DNA of 57,938 nucleotides from Acidimicrobiia bacterium (GTDB taxonomy: Bacteria; Actinomycetota; Acidimicrobiia; Acidimicrobiales; SZUA-35). Position 1 is the stretch's first letter; every line of letters starts with the position of its first letter. The translations under genes and the position numbers were made by a program. The notes under the pieces are model-generated. The model was given only the letters and a program-made list of their open reading frames with translations. It made no database searches and was not told the DNA's origin. This document shows positions 46,732 to 56,220 of this stretch, in pieces. The stretch is from NCBI GenBank assembly GCA_003231975.1, contig QIKW01000043.1, positions 1-57,938 of the forward strand, given 5' to 3'.

Positions 46732-48215
46732 GCTCAGCACCTGGGTCCGCTCGCTGGCCCAGCCTTGTGCTGCACGTTCTTGGAATCACACTTGTGGTCT
46801 CGGGTGTCGGGGTCATGGTTTCAGCTGTAGTTGAGGGCATTGACGGCGGCCCCGACGTGTGGGTGCTTGTCGGCTGCGGGGTTGTGGTTGGCGCGCTTGG
46901 GGTTGTGATGTGGCGCCGAACGGAAGTGCCCAAGAACATCGAACTGATCGACGTGTTCACAACGGTGATGTTGGCTTGGGGCGGTTTGGCGGTTGCAGGC
47001 GCAATGCCCTATCTCTTGACCGGCACCATCACCTCGATCGACGACGCCATTTTCGAGTCCGTTTCGGGGTTCACCACCACTGGGGCCACCATCTTGCGCC
47101 CAATCGAGGATGCGTCGGCAGGCATCTTGTTCTGGCGCTCGATCACCCAATGGATCGGTGGAATGGGTGTGATCGTTCTTGTCGTTGCGGTACTTCCAAC
47201 GGTTGGCGCCGGGGGTATGGACCTCCTCGAGGCGGAAGCGCCGGGCCCAACCGGAGAGCGCCTCACTCCAAGGGTTGGCAACACGGCCCGCCGCCTGTGG
47301 GCTGTATACGTTGGGCTCACCTTGATTTATGCGGCCGCCTACACAGTTGCCGGGATGAGCCTCTATGACGGTTTCGCCTACTCGTTCACAACCGTGGCGA
47401 CCGGCGGATTTTCGCCCCACAGCGAGTCCATCGGCTTCTTTCAGTCCGCAACGATCGAGTGGATTGCCATCTCTGGCATGTTCATTGCCGGAGGCAGCTT
47501 CACTTTGTGGTACCGACTGCTTAGAGGCAAGCCAGGCCCCCTTCTGCATTCCAGCGAGTTTCGTCTGTACGTGCTCCTGGTGGTTCTTGCAACCACTGTT
47601 GTTTTTCTAACGGCCGACCCCAGTTACTCAGGTGTCGAAGGGGTGCGTTACTCGCTGTTCACCGTTCTCGCAGTTGTCACAACCACCGGCTACGCAACGG
47701 TTGACTTTGCTGCCTGGGACGACTCGGCCCAGGTAATCCTGTTGTTGTTGATGCCATTGGGCGCAATGGCGGGCTCCACCGCGGGCGGGGTGAAACTGAT
47801 CAGGCTTCTTGCCGTTGCCAGCTACGCTCATCGGGCAACGTTGCGCCAGCTGCATCCCCGCCTGGTCAGGCCAATCCGCATAGGTTCATCAGTTTTGGAC
47901 GAAACGGTTGCTGGTCGAGTACTTGGCTTCCTGGTTCTGGCCCTTGCCGCTTTCGGAGGCAGCGCCCTACTGATCTCACTCAGCGGAGCAGACATGATCA
48001 CATCGCTTTCTGCCGCTGCCGCCACGTTCGGCAACGTGGGCCCCGGCTTGGGAGACATTGGACCGACCGGTGATTACCTCAACCTTCCAAGGTTCGCCCG
48101 CTGGGTGAGCATAGGCAACATGCTCCTTGGCCGCCTTGAGATCTACCCGGTGTTGCTTGCCCTCGCCGCCCTGCCCCGGTTCAGACCAATGGTGCGGGCC
48201 CGTCGAAACCGGTGA
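46728..48215 (+). CDS. trkH: Trk-type potassium transporter membrane subunit
   Basis: Repeated pore-loop motifs (SGFTTTGAT, TVATGGFS, VVTTTGYA, TFGNVGPGLG) in a polytopic protein. Confidence 0.92.
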   Translation: MSSAPGSARWPSLVLHVLGITLVVSGVGVMVSAVVEGIDGGPDVWVLVGCGVVVGALGVVMWRRTEVPKNIELIDVFTTVMLAWGGLAVAGAMPYLLTGTITSIDDAIFESVSGFTTTGATILRPIEDASAGILFWRSITQWIGGMGVIVLVVAVLPTVGAGGMDLLEAEAPGPTGERLTPRVGNTARRLWAVYVGLTLIYAAAYTVAGMSLYDGFAYSFTTVATGGFSPHSESIGFFQSATIEWIAISGMFIAGGSFTLWYRLLRGKPGPLLHSSEFRLYVLLVVLATTVVFLTADPSYSGVEGVRYSLFTVLAVVTTTGYATVDFAAWDDSAQVILLLLMPLGAMAGSTAGGVKLIRLLAVASYAHRATLRQLHPRLVRPIRIGSSVLDETVAGRVLGFLVLALAAFGGSALLISLSGADMITSLSAAAATFGNVGPGLGDIGPTGDYLNLPRFARWVSIGNMLLGRLEIYPVLLALAALPRFRPMVRARRNR

Positions 48216-48263
48216 CGAAGCGGGTTGTGTGTCAGGAACCGTTGCTGCTGCCAGACTGGCGCC

Positions 48264-49229
48264 ATGAGCAAGTTGAACGAACTGGTCGAGACCTCGGGGT
48301 TTCTGCTGCTGGACGGCGCAATGGGCACCGAGTTGTTCAACCGTGGCCTCGGCCCCGGAGACCCCCCGGAACTTTGGAACGTCGAACAGCCAGAGCTGGT
48401 TACAGAGGTACACCAAGCCTACATTGCGGCGGGTTCAGATCTGATCCTCAGCAACTCCTTCGGTGGCACTCACTACCGGTTAAAGCTTCACAAGCTGCAC
48501 GACCGGGTGAAAGAGCTGAGCCATGCCGCAGCCGAAGCGGCGAGACAAGCAGCAGACGGCGTCGACCACAAGGTAATCGTCGCCGGCTCAATGGGGCCAA
48601 CCGGTGAACTGCTGGAGCCAATGGGGGCCATGACCATCGACGGCTGCAAGGCTGCCTTCGCCGAGCAGGCAGAAGGACTGACCCAAGGCGGGGCCGACGT
48701 CATCTGGATCGAGACAATGAGCCACCTCGACGAGGTGAAGGCCGCGGTGCAGGGAGCCCGCTCGGTCAGTGATCTGCCGATCACGGCCACGCTCAGTTTC
48801 GACACCGCGGGCCGAACGATGATGGGAGTAACCGGAACCGAGGCAGTCAATACTCTCAGCGAGTTGGGGGTTGATGCCATCGGAGCCAACTGCGGCAACA
48901 ACTTGGCAGACACCGAGGCCGCGGTGGCCGAAATGCGGGCCGCCAATCCGGAGATGTTGATAATCAGCAAAGCAAATGCTGGCATGCCTCAGTGGCATGG
49001 CACGGAGCTCAGATACAGCGGCGATCCGGCTGTGATGGCGGCTCACGCCCACCGGCTACGTAACGCAGGTGTGCAGTTGATCGGCTCTTGCTGTGGGTCA
49101 ACCCCCGCGCACACCGCACGAATGCGGGCTGTGCTTGACGGGAAAGAGCCCGTTCCCGAGGTTGACTTTGTGCCAGCGGTGATGCGCCAGGTTGCACGCC
49201 GCCCTCGCAGCAGGCGCCGCAAACTCTAG
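48264..49229 (+). CDS. homocysteine S-methyltransferase family protein
   Basis: LLLDGAMGTELF, IGANCG and GSCCGSTPAH zinc-ligand motifs. ATG 48264. Confidence 0.85.
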   Translation: MSKLNELVETSGFLLLDGAMGTELFNRGLGPGDPPELWNVEQPELVTEVHQAYIAAGSDLILSNSFGGTHYRLKLHKLHDRVKELSHAAAEAARQAADGVDHKVIVAGSMGPTGELLEPMGAMTIDGCKAAFAEQAEGLTQGGADVIWIETMSHLDEVKAAVQGARSVSDLPITATLSFDTAGRTMMGVTGTEAVNTLSELGVDAIGANCGNNLADTEAAVAEMRAANPEMLIISKANAGMPQWHGTELRYSGDPAVMAAHAHRLRNAGVQLIGSCCGSTPAHTARMRAVLDGKEPVPEVDFVPAVMRQVARRPRSRRRKL

Positions 49230-49236
49230 AGTTCTG

Positions 49237-49527
49237 TTAGTGCTCGGTTAGGTCATCGGCCGCCACCAGGCCACCAGCAGCGGCCAGTGCGGTTCCAAGC
49301 GTCACCGCCCGCTCAAGTACGGCCTCGAAGTAGTGATCGGCGATTGTCTCGTGGCCGGGAAGCGGAACCTTGCCGAGAGATCGAACGGTTGCGCTGGCAT
49401 CGGAAACGATTCGGGCTGTGTGGGGGAGATCGGGAAGCCTTTCTTCGTCTCCCCAGAACGCCTTTAGCTGCTTGTTACTTGGACGACTGGGTTTGCGTCG
49501 TCTGCTTCTGCCTCGGCGGCTGCTCAT
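49237..49527 (-). CDS. hypothetical small protein with Arg-rich N-terminus, coupled to the SNF2 helicase
   Basis: 96 aa beginning MSSRRGRSRRRKPSRPSNKQ. Its ATG overlaps the helicase stop (ATGA). Confidence 0.55.
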   Translation of the reverse strand: MSSRRGRSRRRKPSRPSNKQLKAFWGDEERLPDLPHTARIVSDASATVRSLGKVPLPGHETIADHYFEAVLERAVTLGTALAAAGGLVAADDLTEH

Positions 49528-52500
49528 ACCGGCACCTCGGGCGGGTTCGCGACAGGCTGCACGTCTTCAACCTCGAGGCTGAGAAGAACATCAGGATCAA
49601 TTCCCAGCGCGATCTGAAGCTGGTTGGCGTCTAGATCTTCGATTGAGCTGGATTTGGGAAGAACCATGTCGGCAATCTGGCGCTTGCCAGAAACTATCTC
49701 TTCCACTCTTTCATCAACTGTGCCAGGGCAAACCAAGCGATGGCATACCACTGTGTTCTTCTGGCCGATTCGCCACACCCGGTCTCTTGCCTGGTCTTCG
49801 ACTGCGGGGTTCCACCAGCGGTCATAGAGCACAACGTGGCTGGCCGCGGTGAGGTTGAGGCCAGTGCCACCAGCCTTGAGTGACAAGACCATTGCGCCTG
49901 CCCCTTCGCCTTGTTGGAATTCTTCAACCATTCGATCTCTGGCCCCTCGGGACAAGCCGCCGTGGTAGCAGCGGATTGGCAGCTGGAACCGATCGGACAG
50001 GTACTTGGCCATTGTTTCGCCCCAGCTGGCGAAATGGGTGAAAATCAGGATTCGTTCGCCGGTGGCAAACACCGTTTCCATGATTTCGTTCAGCCGCGCC
50101 AGTTTGCCAGACCGGCCATCGATGCCCTTGTCATCGCTTTGGTAGTTGACGGGATGGTTGCAGATCTGTTTCAGGGCGGTGATTGCGGCAAGGACGGCCC
50201 CCTTCTTGCGGGGCGCCCCGGCTTCAACCTCCACCTGGTGAGCAACCAGGCTGTCGAGCACAGCCTGATACAGGCCAATCTGTTCGGGCGTCATTGCGCA
50301 GTGATCAAGCTCGTCGATGCGGTCTGGAAGCTCGGCAGCGATTGAGGGCTCGGACTTGGTGCGGCGGAACACCATGATTCCGTTGAGCGCTCTGAGCGCG
50401 CCTTCGGTGTCGGCACCGGCGTTTGAGGCAGACAGCTGGGAAACAAACTGGTTGCGACCGCCGACAAGTCCAGGGTTGGCCCAGTCCAGAATGGCCCAGA
50501 GGTCACCCAACCCATTTTCGATCGGAGTTCCAGTTAGGGCAACGCGAGTATGGGAATTGAACCGACGAACTTGCCTGGCTGTTTCGCTCGTTGGGTTCTT
50601 GATGGCCTGCGCTTCGTCGAGCACAACATGGTTCCAGTCGATCTTCTCCAAGCCAACAATGTCTCGGACCGCCGTGCCGTAAGTGGTGATAATTAGGTCG
50701 GCCCGTTTGGCTGCATCGGCTAGGCCACCAAGAGTTGTGCGGTTCGGACCGTGATGCACTCTTACTCTGACGCCTGGCACGAACTTCCTGGCCTCGGCGG
50801 CCCAGTTTCCAACAACAGCAGGTGGCGCAATCACCAAAGACGGCCCCCGTTCCTTCGTGAGGTTGATGTGAGCCAGCATGGTTGGGGTCTTGCCAAGTCC
50901 CATGTCTAGCGCCAGGCAGCCGCCTAGGCCGGCACGGTCGAGGAACCCCAGCCAGGCAAGGGCGTCGGCCTGGTATGTGCGTAGTTCCCCTCGGAAACCC
51001 TCGGGAGTTGTTGGGAGATCGGTGGGGAGTGAGCCTGCGCTGCGGAGGAGATCGGCCGCCCAGCCGGTGCCGGTGATCGAGATGCCACCTGCTAGCGGCG
51101 AGCCCTCAAGGCCGAGCGCATGGCGCAGCATGTCGGCGCCAGACAGTTTCGTGGCGTCTGCCCTTTCGGCCAGTGCCGCGGCAGCCTGTTGCAAATCAAC
51201 CTTGTCAAGTTCAATCCACTGGCCACGGCTCTTGACCAGAGGGCGGGCTTGTGTTGCCAGCCGTCGAATCTCTTCGGCTGTCAGCTCCACATCGTCAAAG
51301 AGCGCAGACCAGCGAACGTTGGCCAGCTGTTGGGCGCCAACCAAGGATTCAGCAGCCTCTGAGGTAAGACGCAACGATGGTGTGGCCTTGCGCCGCGAAA
51401 GGGACGGAACTCTTACGTCGAAACCGGCGGCAGACAGCATCTCGCCCGTTTCGGTCATCAGCAACCAGGCTTCGTCCTGGCTGAGGATCACTTCACCCCG
51501 TCGGCGAGATCCCGGGCGAAGCAATTCGGGATAGAGGCGTTCCAACCGGGTCAGCTGATCTCTGGACTCTTTGCGCCTAGCGTTGGAGGCATTCACCAAG
51601 GCTGATTCGACCGGCTCAAGGTTGCCGTCGCTGGTTGGTGCCTTCACTGCCAGGTACCAGGCATTGGCATCGTCTGGCGGGTCAAGCTGGAGGACAAGGC
51701 TTGACCGGAGCGTGCCGGTAAGAGGCTTGGCCCATTGGTCGAGGCGCCTGATCAGTTCGGCCCCGGCCCGAGCGGGGGCCATAAACGGCTGGCCGTCGAG
51801 CCTGGCAAGCATTGCCTCCGCAACCTCAGACTTAGTGACAGGGTACGGAGGCGGTGCAGGCACTTCGAGCCGAGCCGCCGCCGTAGTGCAAATGGCATCG
51901 AGCAAATCGGCAATGATCGCCTGGGTAGTGGCTCTTGCTTCCTGCCTCTGGCCAAAAACCGAGACGCTGGGAGGCAGAGCAGTGGTTAGCTCCTGAAGCT
52001 CACTCTGCGAAAGCAGGGCGGGAGCCCACTGCACAACGAAGTTGGCAGCGTCCTTTGGCATCGGTGTGTCCGGAGTTGTTTTCGGCCGTCGTATCTTCTT
52101 GACCGACGGAACCATTCGTCCCTGTGTTGCCAGCCGGACCGCTACCGCGGCAGCCAGCCCGATCCACTGAGTACTGACCCCAAGGTCCAAGCCAGCCATT
52201 GCTTCACGGTTACCAAGGCTGACCAACCAGCCAAGGACTGTTGGGATTGGGGCAGAAACGGCCTCGATCCGATCACCGTTGGGGAGCTTCGATGATTGAT
52301 GAGGCTGCCACATCGAACCCGCAACGCCAGCGGCCTCAAGCTGAACCAAAACGTCAGCAGCAGGCAGCGGCGCGGCGTCGTAACCGCCGGACCAGGCTAT
52401 AACGCGGTCTGGAAGCCACGACAGCTGAAGCCGGGCTTGGCCCGTTTCCTCTGGGTCGACCGGGGCCGCTGGAACCTCTGGTTTGGCGGTTTGAGAAGGC

Positions 52501-52805
52501 CCGATCAGCTCGGTGAGGACCTCGTCGACCCTTTTGGCTTCACGCTCGAAGTCGGCAACCACCATTGACCGTTCAGACCCTCGCAGCCGAACTTGGGCGC
52601 TGTCGATTGTGATGTCAAGGTCGTCGAGCATGCGCAGCAGCACGCGAATCCAGTAGTCGCGGTGCGCGTTCAGCACCTCGATGTCGGCCGCGCTAGCGGT
52701 GTTGTCGAGGTGGGCCTGGACTTGATGGCCGAATCCTTGTGGCACGTTCGTGCCGAGGAATGCTTTGAGTTCTGACGTCGTCGCAGGGGAAATGCGAGGC
52801 TCCAA
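49524..52805 (-). CDS. SNF2-family helicase (HelZ-like)
   Basis: LALDMGLGKT (motif I), VLDEAQAIKN (motif II), C-terminal helicase motifs (SLKAGGTGLNLT, QARDRVWRIGQ), and a ~560-aa N-terminal extension. The start (TTG 52805) is uncertain. Confidence 0.9.
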   Translation of the reverse strand: MEPRISPATTSELKAFLGTNVPQGFGHQVQAHLDNTASAADIEVLNAHRDYWIRVLLRMLDDLDITIDSAQVRLRGSERSMVVADFEREAKRVDEVLTELIGPSQTAKPEVPAAPVDPEETGQARLQLSWLPDRVIAWSGGYDAAPLPAADVLVQLEAAGVAGSMWQPHQSSKLPNGDRIEAVSAPIPTVLGWLVSLGNREAMAGLDLGVSTQWIGLAAAVAVRLATQGRMVPSVKKIRRPKTTPDTPMPKDAANFVVQWAPALLSQSELQELTTALPPSVSVFGQRQEARATTQAIIADLLDAICTTAAARLEVPAPPPYPVTKSEVAEAMLARLDGQPFMAPARAGAELIRRLDQWAKPLTGTLRSSLVLQLDPPDDANAWYLAVKAPTSDGNLEPVESALVNASNARRKESRDQLTRLERLYPELLRPGSRRRGEVILSQDEAWLLMTETGEMLSAAGFDVRVPSLSRRKATPSLRLTSEAAESLVGAQQLANVRWSALFDDVELTAEEIRRLATQARPLVKSRGQWIELDKVDLQQAAAALAERADATKLSGADMLRHALGLEGSPLAGGISITGTGWAADLLRSAGSLPTDLPTTPEGFRGELRTYQADALAWLGFLDRAGLGGCLALDMGLGKTPTMLAHINLTKERGPSLVIAPPAVVGNWAAEARKFVPGVRVRVHHGPNRTTLGGLADAAKRADLIITTYGTAVRDIVGLEKIDWNHVVLDEAQAIKNPTSETARQVRRFNSHTRVALTGTPIENGLGDLWAILDWANPGLVGGRNQFVSQLSASNAGADTEGALRALNGIMVFRRTKSEPSIAAELPDRIDELDHCAMTPEQIGLYQAVLDSLVAHQVEVEAGAPRKKGAVLAAITALKQICNHPVNYQSDDKGIDGRSGKLARLNEIMETVFATGERILIFTHFASWGETMAKYLSDRFQLPIRCYHGGLSRGARDRMVEEFQQGEGAGAMVLSLKAGGTGLNLTAASHVVLYDRWWNPAVEDQARDRVWRIGQKNTVVCHRLVCPGTVDERVEEIVSGKRQIADMVLPKSSSIEDLDANQLQIALGIDPDVLLSLEVEDVQPVANPPEVPV

Positions 52806-52982
52806 TCACCGTGCCAAGCCCTTGTGGCGGGGCACCCCGTGTGTCGATGGTGATATCGGTTGCTGCTTGGCAAGTGGCAAGCACCCGCTCAGTCAGCTGA
52901 CCGCTAGTTCAGCATCGTTCCTTAATGCTATCAGCATCCAGAAAAAAACCAAGGGACGAGTGTCCCGGGTCTTCGAACCAAT

Positions 52983-55289
52983 ATGCCAGTTCCCTTTTTA
53001 CGCCACGCGTGTCAGAATTGGTCGGTGCCTGCGAAGCTCGACAACGCCAACACCGAAACTGCCTTCCGTACCTGTCCCCTGTGCGAGGCTGGCTGCGGGC
53101 TGGAACTGACTCTTGATGCGTCGCGCAGCAAAGTTGTTCGCACTAGAGGAGATCAAGAAGACGTGTTCTCGGCCGGGTTCTTGTGCCCAAAGGGCACAAC
53201 TCTTGGCCACCTTCACGAAGATCCAGACTGGCTGCGGGGCCCCATGCTGAAGGTTGACGGCGAGTTCCGCGAGGCAACCTGGGACGAAGCGTTTGGGTAC
53301 ATCAACGATCGGATGCCGCCGCTGGTAGAGAGCAACGGCCCAGACTGCGTTGCGGTTTACATGGGAAATCCCAGCGCTCACTCACTGGCCCCAATGTTTC
53401 TGAACCGGACGTTGCTGAAGGCGGTTGGAACGAAGAACCGCTTTTCGGCATCAACGGTAGACCAGAGGCCGAAGGAAATATCGGCCGCGTTGATGTTCGG
53501 GTCGGTTGCGGTTCCGGTGCCAGACCTCAACCGCACCGACTACATCCTGATGCTTGGTGCCAATCCGTACGCGTCAAACGGATCGCTGTGCACGGCCCCC
53601 GACTTCCCTGGACGGCTGGAACGAATCCAGGAACGCGGCGGCAAGGTCGTTGTTGTCGACCCTCGCCTCAGCGAGACGGCCAAAAAGGCCGACCAACACC
53701 TGGCTATCCGCCCCGGCACCGACGCCCACCTACTGGCAGCCATTGCCTCCACGCTGCTGGCCGAAGGCCTGGCCGATCCCTCCAACGTGGCCGACCACTG
53801 CGCCGGGCTTGAGGAGCTTCCCGCTCTGCTTGGCCCATTCACAGCCCAGAGTGTTGCCAAGGTTGTTGGGATTCCTGCTGAGTTGATCAGACAGGTGGCC
53901 CGAGACTTGGCCGCGGCCCCAACCGCCTGTGTTTATGGCCGCATTGGTACCTGCACTCAAGAGTTCGGAACGCTGGCTTCCTGGCTGGTTGATGTGGTCA
54001 ACATCCTCTCTGGCAACCTCGACAAAGAGGGCGGCGCCATGTTTGCGAAAGGGGCAACGGGTCAGCCGTCAACGAAGGGCAAGCCAGGCAGTGGTCGCGG
54101 TTTCACGATGGGGCGAGCCAATTCGCGGGTAAGCGGTTTGCCAGAGGCGTTTGGAGAGTTCCCGGTAACTGCTCTTCCCGAGGAGATCGAAGCCCAGGGT
54201 GAGGGCCAGGTTCGTGCCCTCATCACAGTTGCGGGAAATCCGGTCAGCTCAAATCCGAACAGCCTTCGCCTTGACGCTGCCTTGGCTTCGCTTGACTTCA
54301 TGGTTTCGATAGATCCCTACATCAACGAGACCACCCGCCACGCCGACGTGATCCTGCCTCCTCCCAGCCCCCTTCAGAAGAGCCACTACGACCTGGCCCT
54401 CCTGAACTTCGCGGTTCACAACGTTGCCAACTACTCGCCTCCGGTGCTTGGGTTAGAGCCGGATCAGCTGAGCGAGGGAACGATCATGCTGAGACTCGCT
54501 AGCATATTCCTTGGAGCGGGCCCAGATTCAGACACCGCAGCCACTGACGATGCAATCGCAGCGATGATGCTTGGCTCAGCCGTTCAGAACCCAACAGCCA
54601 ACGTGGCAGGCCGAGACGTCGAGGAGCTGCTTGAACTTCTGAGGCCCAGCACCGGCGTCGAGCGACTGCTCGACATCCTGCTTCGCACCGGTCCCTACGG
54701 CGACGGCTTCGGATCGAATCCCGAAGGTCTCAGCCTGGCCGTTCTAGAAGCCAACCCCCACGGTGTAGACCTCGGCCCGCTTCTCCCAGGCCGGATTCCT
54801 GATCTGCTACGCACCCCAAGCGGCAAAATCGAGATCGCACCCGAACTGATAGCAAAGGACGTTGAGCGCTTGGCCAAGTCTTTGGCCCGAGATCCCGAAG
54901 AGTCTCTGGTTCTGATTGGCCGCCGACACATCCGCTCGAACAACTCCTGGATGCACAACCTCCGGGTGCTGACAAAGGGCCGGAACCGCTGCACCCTTCA
55001 GATCCACCCAACCGACGCAAAACACGCCGGGCTGACCGATGGGAAAATGGCAACCGTTACCTCCCGGGTGGGCTCTGTTTCGTTGGACGTTGAGGTGACA
55101 GAGGGGATCAGACCAGGGGTTGTCAGCATTCCGCACGGCTTTGGCCAGAACATGGAAGGCGTCCGACTCCGAATTGCGTCTGACTACAAGGGCGTCAACA
55201 CCAACGTTCTCACCGATGAGTACCTGAGAGACGAGCTGAGTGGGAACATCGCTCTCAACGGTGTTCCTGTTTCTGTTTCCGCTGGTTAG
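52983..55289 (+). CDS. molybdopterin-dependent oxidoreductase (formate-dehydrogenase-like family, Cys-type)
   Basis: N-terminal 4Fe-4S motif RTCPLCEAGCGL...FLCPKG, molybdopterin-binding body, and a C-terminal beta-barrel (ATVTSRVGSVSLDVEV). The start could be GTG 53025. Confidence 0.88.
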   Translation: MPVPFLRHACQNWSVPAKLDNANTETAFRTCPLCEAGCGLELTLDASRSKVVRTRGDQEDVFSAGFLCPKGTTLGHLHEDPDWLRGPMLKVDGEFREATWDEAFGYINDRMPPLVESNGPDCVAVYMGNPSAHSLAPMFLNRTLLKAVGTKNRFSASTVDQRPKEISAALMFGSVAVPVPDLNRTDYILMLGANPYASNGSLCTAPDFPGRLERIQERGGKVVVVDPRLSETAKKADQHLAIRPGTDAHLLAAIASTLLAEGLADPSNVADHCAGLEELPALLGPFTAQSVAKVVGIPAELIRQVARDLAAAPTACVYGRIGTCTQEFGTLASWLVDVVNILSGNLDKEGGAMFAKGATGQPSTKGKPGSGRGFTMGRANSRVSGLPEAFGEFPVTALPEEIEAQGEGQVRALITVAGNPVSSNPNSLRLDAALASLDFMVSIDPYINETTRHADVILPPPSPLQKSHYDLALLNFAVHNVANYSPPVLGLEPDQLSEGTIMLRLASIFLGAGPDSDTAATDDAIAAMMLGSAVQNPTANVAGRDVEELLELLRPSTGVERLLDILLRTGPYGDGFGSNPEGLSLAVLEANPHGVDLGPLLPGRIPDLLRTPSGKIEIAPELIAKDVERLAKSLARDPEESLVLIGRRHIRSNNSWMHNLRVLTKGRNRCTLQIHPTDAKHAGLTDGKMATVTSRVGSVSLDVEVTEGIRPGVVSIPHGFGQNMEGVRLRIASDYKGVNTNVLTDEYLRDELSGNIALNGVPVSVSAG

Positions 55290-55333
55290 CGCCACCTGCT
55301 TAGATCAGCCCCGGAGTTGCCGATCTGGAGGCA

Positions 55334-56149
55334 ATGACGCGCCGGGTCGATTTCACCTATCCAGACGATTTCAACCCGCAATGGCATTCGCGTCTCCCCG
55401 AGTTCGCCTGCGCGGCCAACGCGGTCAGCCTCATGATGCCGTTTGCCGAGCCGTACGTTGTGAAGTCGGTAAGAACCGCGCTCCCCCATCTCGAGCCGGA
55501 GCTGGCCAGCCAAACCAGGGAGTACTTGGCTCAGGAGCTTCAGCACCACGCCCAGCATCGACGCTTCAACGATTTGCTGGTGGCCGACGAGCCAGGCCTG
55601 GCCCGGCTTGAGCGTTGGATGCGTGGCGTGTTCGGTTGGCTGCATCGCAGCAGGTCAGATGCGTTCAACGTTGCGTTCGCAGCAGGCTTCGAGACGGTGG
55701 CATACACAAGCGCCAGGTGGACCGAAGCCAGGCTGGACAAGCTGATGACGGGCGCCGACGATGTTGCCGCCACCCTGTTCCTGTGGCACCTGGCCGAGGA
55801 AGTTGAACACAAAACGGTTGCCTTCGACGTCTACCAGGCGGTCCATGGCAAGCGCCGAACCTACGTTGCGGGCCTGATCACCTCCATGTTCGCGTTGGCC
55901 ATATTTGCCGCGCTGGGTACCGCTTTCCTTCTTTATCGCAAGGGCCGCTTCTTCAGGCCAGTGGCCCACTGGCGAATGCTGGTCTGGACGGTCAGCTTTA
56001 CTTTCGAGCTGTTACCGGCAATGGCGGTGTCCACCCTGAAAGGCCACAACCCCGCCAAGCTGGCCGACCCGCCGTTCTTCAAATTGTGGCTGCGTCAGCT
56101 GGAGGCCGACCCAGAACAGCTGCCGGTTTGGTCAGACCTTGATGCATAA
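55334..56149 (+). CDS. predicted metal-dependent hydrolase (PF10118-like)
   Basis: NAVSLMMPFAEPYVVKSVR and LAQELQHHAQHRRFN match my memory of this family. GGAGG lies before the ATG. Confidence 0.7.
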   Translation: MTRRVDFTYPDDFNPQWHSRLPEFACAANAVSLMMPFAEPYVVKSVRTALPHLEPELASQTREYLAQELQHHAQHRRFNDLLVADEPGLARLERWMRGVFGWLHRSRSDAFNVAFAAGFETVAYTSARWTEARLDKLMTGADDVAATLFLWHLAEEVEHKTVAFDVYQAVHGKRRTYVAGLITSMFALAIFAALGTAFLLYRKGRFFRPVAHWRMLVWTVSFTFELLPAMAVSTLKGHNPAKLADPPFFKLWLRQLEADPEQLPVWSDLDA

Positions 56150-56158
56150 GACCAGTTC

Positions 56159-56200
56159 CGCGGAGCATTTGGTATCGATCTTTGACACTTTTGCTCCGCG
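56159..56200. terminator. 9-bp stem hairpin between convergent genes
   Basis: CGCGGAGCA (56159-56167) and TGCTCCGCG (56192-56200) with a 24-nt loop. It lies in the 71-bp convergent spacer. Confidence 0.35.
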
Positions 56201-56220
56201 CAACTGCCGCATTGTCCCGA

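Noticed and set aside
52942-52966. An A7 run followed by a GGGAC-GAGT-GTCCC hairpin, which reads as a terminator-like hairpin plus T7 on the minus strand.
   Set aside because: The stem is only 5 bp and a 4-nt gap precedes the T-run. No minus-strand gene ends upstream of it. It more likely belongs to the AT-richer divergent promoter region.
52806-52982. 177-bp spacer checked for a tRNA (including tRNA-Sec) or a Moco riboswitch.
   Set aside because: I found no T-loop GGTTCGAATCC-like element, no cloverleaf, and no conserved Moco-motif sequences.
52983-55289. Possible second selenoprotein (formate-dehydrogenase-like molybdoenzyme).
   Set aside because: The ORF is continuous with no in-frame TGA, so it is not a Sec-containing enzyme.
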